From assembly GCA_918797485.1 (NCBI GenBank), contig CAKKNE010000004.1:5146001-5210000 (forward strand): 64,000 nt of DNA, given 5' to 3'. This document shows positions 62,166 through 64,000 of this stretch, in pieces (the stretch's first letter is position 1; each line of letters starts with the position of its first letter). Both the position numbers and the translations under genes were made by a program. The notes beneath the pieces were generated by a model. It saw nothing but the letters and a program-made list of their open reading frames with translations, was not told the origin of the DNA and ran no database searches. This DNA comes from Pelagomonas calceolata. Taxonomy: Eukaryota.

Positions 62166-62934
62166 ATGGACGAGGAGACCTCGGACGCGACGATCCAGTC
62201 CGAGAGCCCCGGGCCGCGGGCGCCGGCGGACAGAGGTCCCATTTTAAACAGCGCGCGCGCCTGCTGTCTCCCCGACTGTCGGGCGGCGGACGTCGCGGTC
62301 GTCGCCTTCTGGCTCGTGTCTGTGTGGAAATCAAATTTACGGCGCTTTCCTCCTGAATCGACGCGTCGACCTTCACGCCATCAACGCGACTGCTCGATGG
62401 CGTGGCGGTGTCGGTTCCCCACCGCTCGACGGAGCCAGCGCGGCCACGTCATCGCCGAGAAATGACTTATGTGTCGATATCGCCCTCGCCTCGAACCTGG
62501 CGCTCGCAAACAGCGCCTACATACCCTACGCCGTCCCGACGACGTTCGTCGTCGTCGTGAGCTGCGTGACGGCCCTCTGGTTGCTAGTGCGGGTCTTCAC
62601 ACGGGGCAGCCGCGCCATCTCGACCACGGGAGCGACCTACTTGGATCTGCACCTCTTTTGCGTCTACATCGCGGGCGTCGCGCTCGTGATCGCAATCGTG
62701 TTGGGTCTCACGCTCGGGCCCGACAAGGCGCGCAAAGTTTCGCGACGTTACGACGACGAGGGCGCCGGCGACGACGAGCGCGTCTTTCGCGAGGGCGCGT
62801 ACGTTCGCTGCGGGCTCCTCGCGTTGGTCCTCGCGGTCTTCGGCCTCGGCGTCCGGCTTCGTAGGGTCGCCGGCGCGCCCACGACGCGCCGGCTCGTGTC
62901 GAGGTCCATCGAACTCACGTCGCACGCGAGTTAG
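62166..62934 (+). CDS. Small multi-pass membrane protein interrupted by a broken introner; functional status uncertain
   Basis: Exon MDEETSDA...VAVVAFWLV, and a downstream frame CVDIALASNLALANSAYIPYAVPTTFVVVVSCVTALWLLVRVF with further hydrophobic segments to TAG 62934. The normal acceptor is deleted. Confidence 0.6.
62320..62469. mobile_element. Truncated introner, subfamily A, lacking the right TIR and 7 of 8 bases of the right TSD
   Basis: The left TIR and interior match the 26626 copy up to ...gagaaatgactta, then run directly into host sequence tgtgtcgatatc. Confidence 0.88.
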
Positions 62935-63058
62935 GATCGAGTTAGGGAGCTACCTCCTCCCCTCCTGCTCCCGTCGTCCCCCAGGCTGCCCGTCCCCCCA
63001 GGCTCCGTGGCATCCTCTAATCGTCGTGTTGCATATCCATACTTGCTTCGGAACTCTT

Positions 63059-63080
63059 GCTAGTGTCTTACAGCGCTAGC
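63059..63080 (+). promoter_or_regulatory. Recurrent intergenic motif copy gctagtgtcttacagcgctagc
   Basis: Ends 55 bp before ATG 63136. Confidence 0.55.
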
Positions 63081-63135
63081 ACACGCTCCTGAGCGCGGCT
63101 ACGCCAAGGACTCTGCAGCGCCGCTCCAAACTAAA

Positions 63136-64000
63136 ATGGACATCCGCAAGCAGCAGAAGCAGGCCATCCTGAAGATGTTAGCATTAAACGAGGACGACGA
63201 GACGTCCGCCGAAGCGCCCATCGACTGGAAGGTCCTGATCCTCGACGAGCCCTGCCGCGAGCTCCTGGCGCCGCTCGTGAGCGTCAACGAGCTGCGCGCC
63301 CGCGGCGTGACGCTGCACGCGCCCATCGAGTCGCCGCGCGACGCGCTGGGCGACGTGGCCGCCGTGTACCTGTGCCGACCGAGCGCAGCCAACGCGGCTC
63401 GTATCGCTAAAGACGCGGCGCAGGCCTTGTATGGGGCGCTCCACTGCAACTGGAGCCGCCGCGCGGAGCGCAAGGTCCTGGAGGGCTTCGCGCGGGAGCT
63501 CGCGGCGGCGCCGCCGCGCGAGGGCCTGCCGGCGGCCGAGGACCTCGTGCGGAGCGTCTGGGACCGGCACGTCGACTTCGTCGCGCTCGAGCCGCGGCTC
63601 TTCCACCTCAGGTTACAAAGGAGGCTCAAGGAGGTCTGCGGCGCGGGCCTCGCGGCGCCGGAGCGGGTCCTGGAGGAGGTCGCCGAAGAGGTCGCGGCGG
63701 GGCTCTTCTGCGCGTGCGCCGCCGTCGGCGCCGCGGCGCCCGTCGTGCGCGCGCGGCCGGGGGGCTGCGCCGCGCGGGCCGCGGCCAAGCTGCACGCCCG
63801 GCTCCACGACGAGTGGCGGCGCCGCGGCGGCGCCGCGGCGCCGGCGCCGCCGACGGGCGCCGCGCGGCCGCTCGTCGTGCTCCTGGACCGCGCCGACGAC
63901 CTCGCGGCGCCGCTGCGCCACGCCGAGACGTACCAGGCGCTGGTGGACGACGTGCTGGACCACCGGGGCGGGCGCGCGACCTTCGTCGACAACGACGCGT
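63136..64000 (+). CDS. SLY1: Sec1/Munc18-family protein, Sly1/SCFD1 type (3'-partial; missing from the ORF track)
   Basis: MDIRKQQKQAILKMLALN...WKVLILDEPCRELLAPLVSVNELRARGVTLH...DVAAVYLCRPS...RPLVVLLDRADDLAAPLRHAETYQALVDDVL. Confidence 0.88.
   Translation, partial: MDIRKQQKQAILKMLALNEDDETSAEAPIDWKVLILDEPCRELLAPLVSVNELRARGVTLHAPIESPRDALGDVAAVYLCRPSAANAARIAKDAAQALYGALHCNWSRRAERKVLEGFARELAAAPPREGLPAAEDLVRSVWDRHVDFVALEPRLFHLRLQRRLKEVCGAGLAAPERVLEEVAEEVAAGLFCACAAVGAAAPVVRARPGGCAARAAAKLHARLHDEWRRRGGAAAPAPPTGAARPLVVLLDRADDLAAPLRHAETYQALVDDVLDHRGGRATFVDNDA

Noticed and set aside
22086..62465. Recurring peptides (VWKSKFYGAFVLN, HAIDATP, LISTQ, RRRVDGV) as a protein family
   Set aside because: These are translations of introner DNA in ORFs that read into the elements.
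22075..62469. Repeated CTGTGTGGAAATCAA / TTGATTTCCACACAG as a CRISPR array or bacterial REP elements
   Set aside because: The copies are dispersed inverted pairs with 8-bp TSDs inside eukaryotic genes, not regularly spaced direct repeats. No cas genes are present.
1..64000. tRNA, rRNA, snRNA genes or an autonomous transposase/retroelement
   Set aside because: None was recognisable by eye. GTTCGA-like strings at about 26167 and 30329 lie within introners. A covariance-model scan would be needed to exclude small RNAs.
1..64000. Bacterial origin (high-GC actinobacterium or myxobacterium)
   Set aside because: Spliceosomal introns and Sly1, Tubby, PHD, SAP and DM10-like genes, plus the absence of operons, indicate a eukaryote.

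Overview
Very GC-rich, gene-dense eukaryotic nuclear DNA, most likely a pelagophyte alga (Pelagomonas/Aureococcus-like). That assignment is inferred from the introner family and gene content, not verified. Bases 1-22632 hold one giant minus-strand gene for a predicted secreted protein that the ORF track omits because it runs off the left edge without a stop: at least 7,446 codons, including one uninterrupted exon of more than 22 kb, built from nested FN3, filamin-like, PA14 and roughly 25 copies of an unnamed 'EVQ...GTFxLxFxG...ALExL' module. The remaining 41 kb holds about 22 compact genes, including Tubby-domain, GNAT, glycosyltransferase-like, PHT4/SLC17-type MFS, PHD-ankyrin, SET, methyltransferase, acyltransferase, SAP, DM10-like, two large LRR, beta-propeller, glyoxalase, HIT-like, PG-repeat and Sly1/SCFD1 genes. 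Fourteen related non-autonomous TIR elements (CTGTGTGGAAATCAA...TTGATTTCCACACAG, 8-bp TSD) act as spliceosomal introns (introners). The acceptor AG comes from the TIR and a GT/GC donor from the TSD. In 12 coding cases their removal restores the reading frame exactly, one sits on a start codon, and one has lost its acceptor end. Also seen: a recurrent oriented intergenic motif GCTAGTGTCTTACA-N-CGCTAGC upstream of six genes, a tandem duplication creating a uORF that copies the N-terminus of its downstream protein, and near-zero spacers between convergent genes. Most long ORFs in the supplied track are GC-driven shadow frames. All calls were made by eye; no searches were run.
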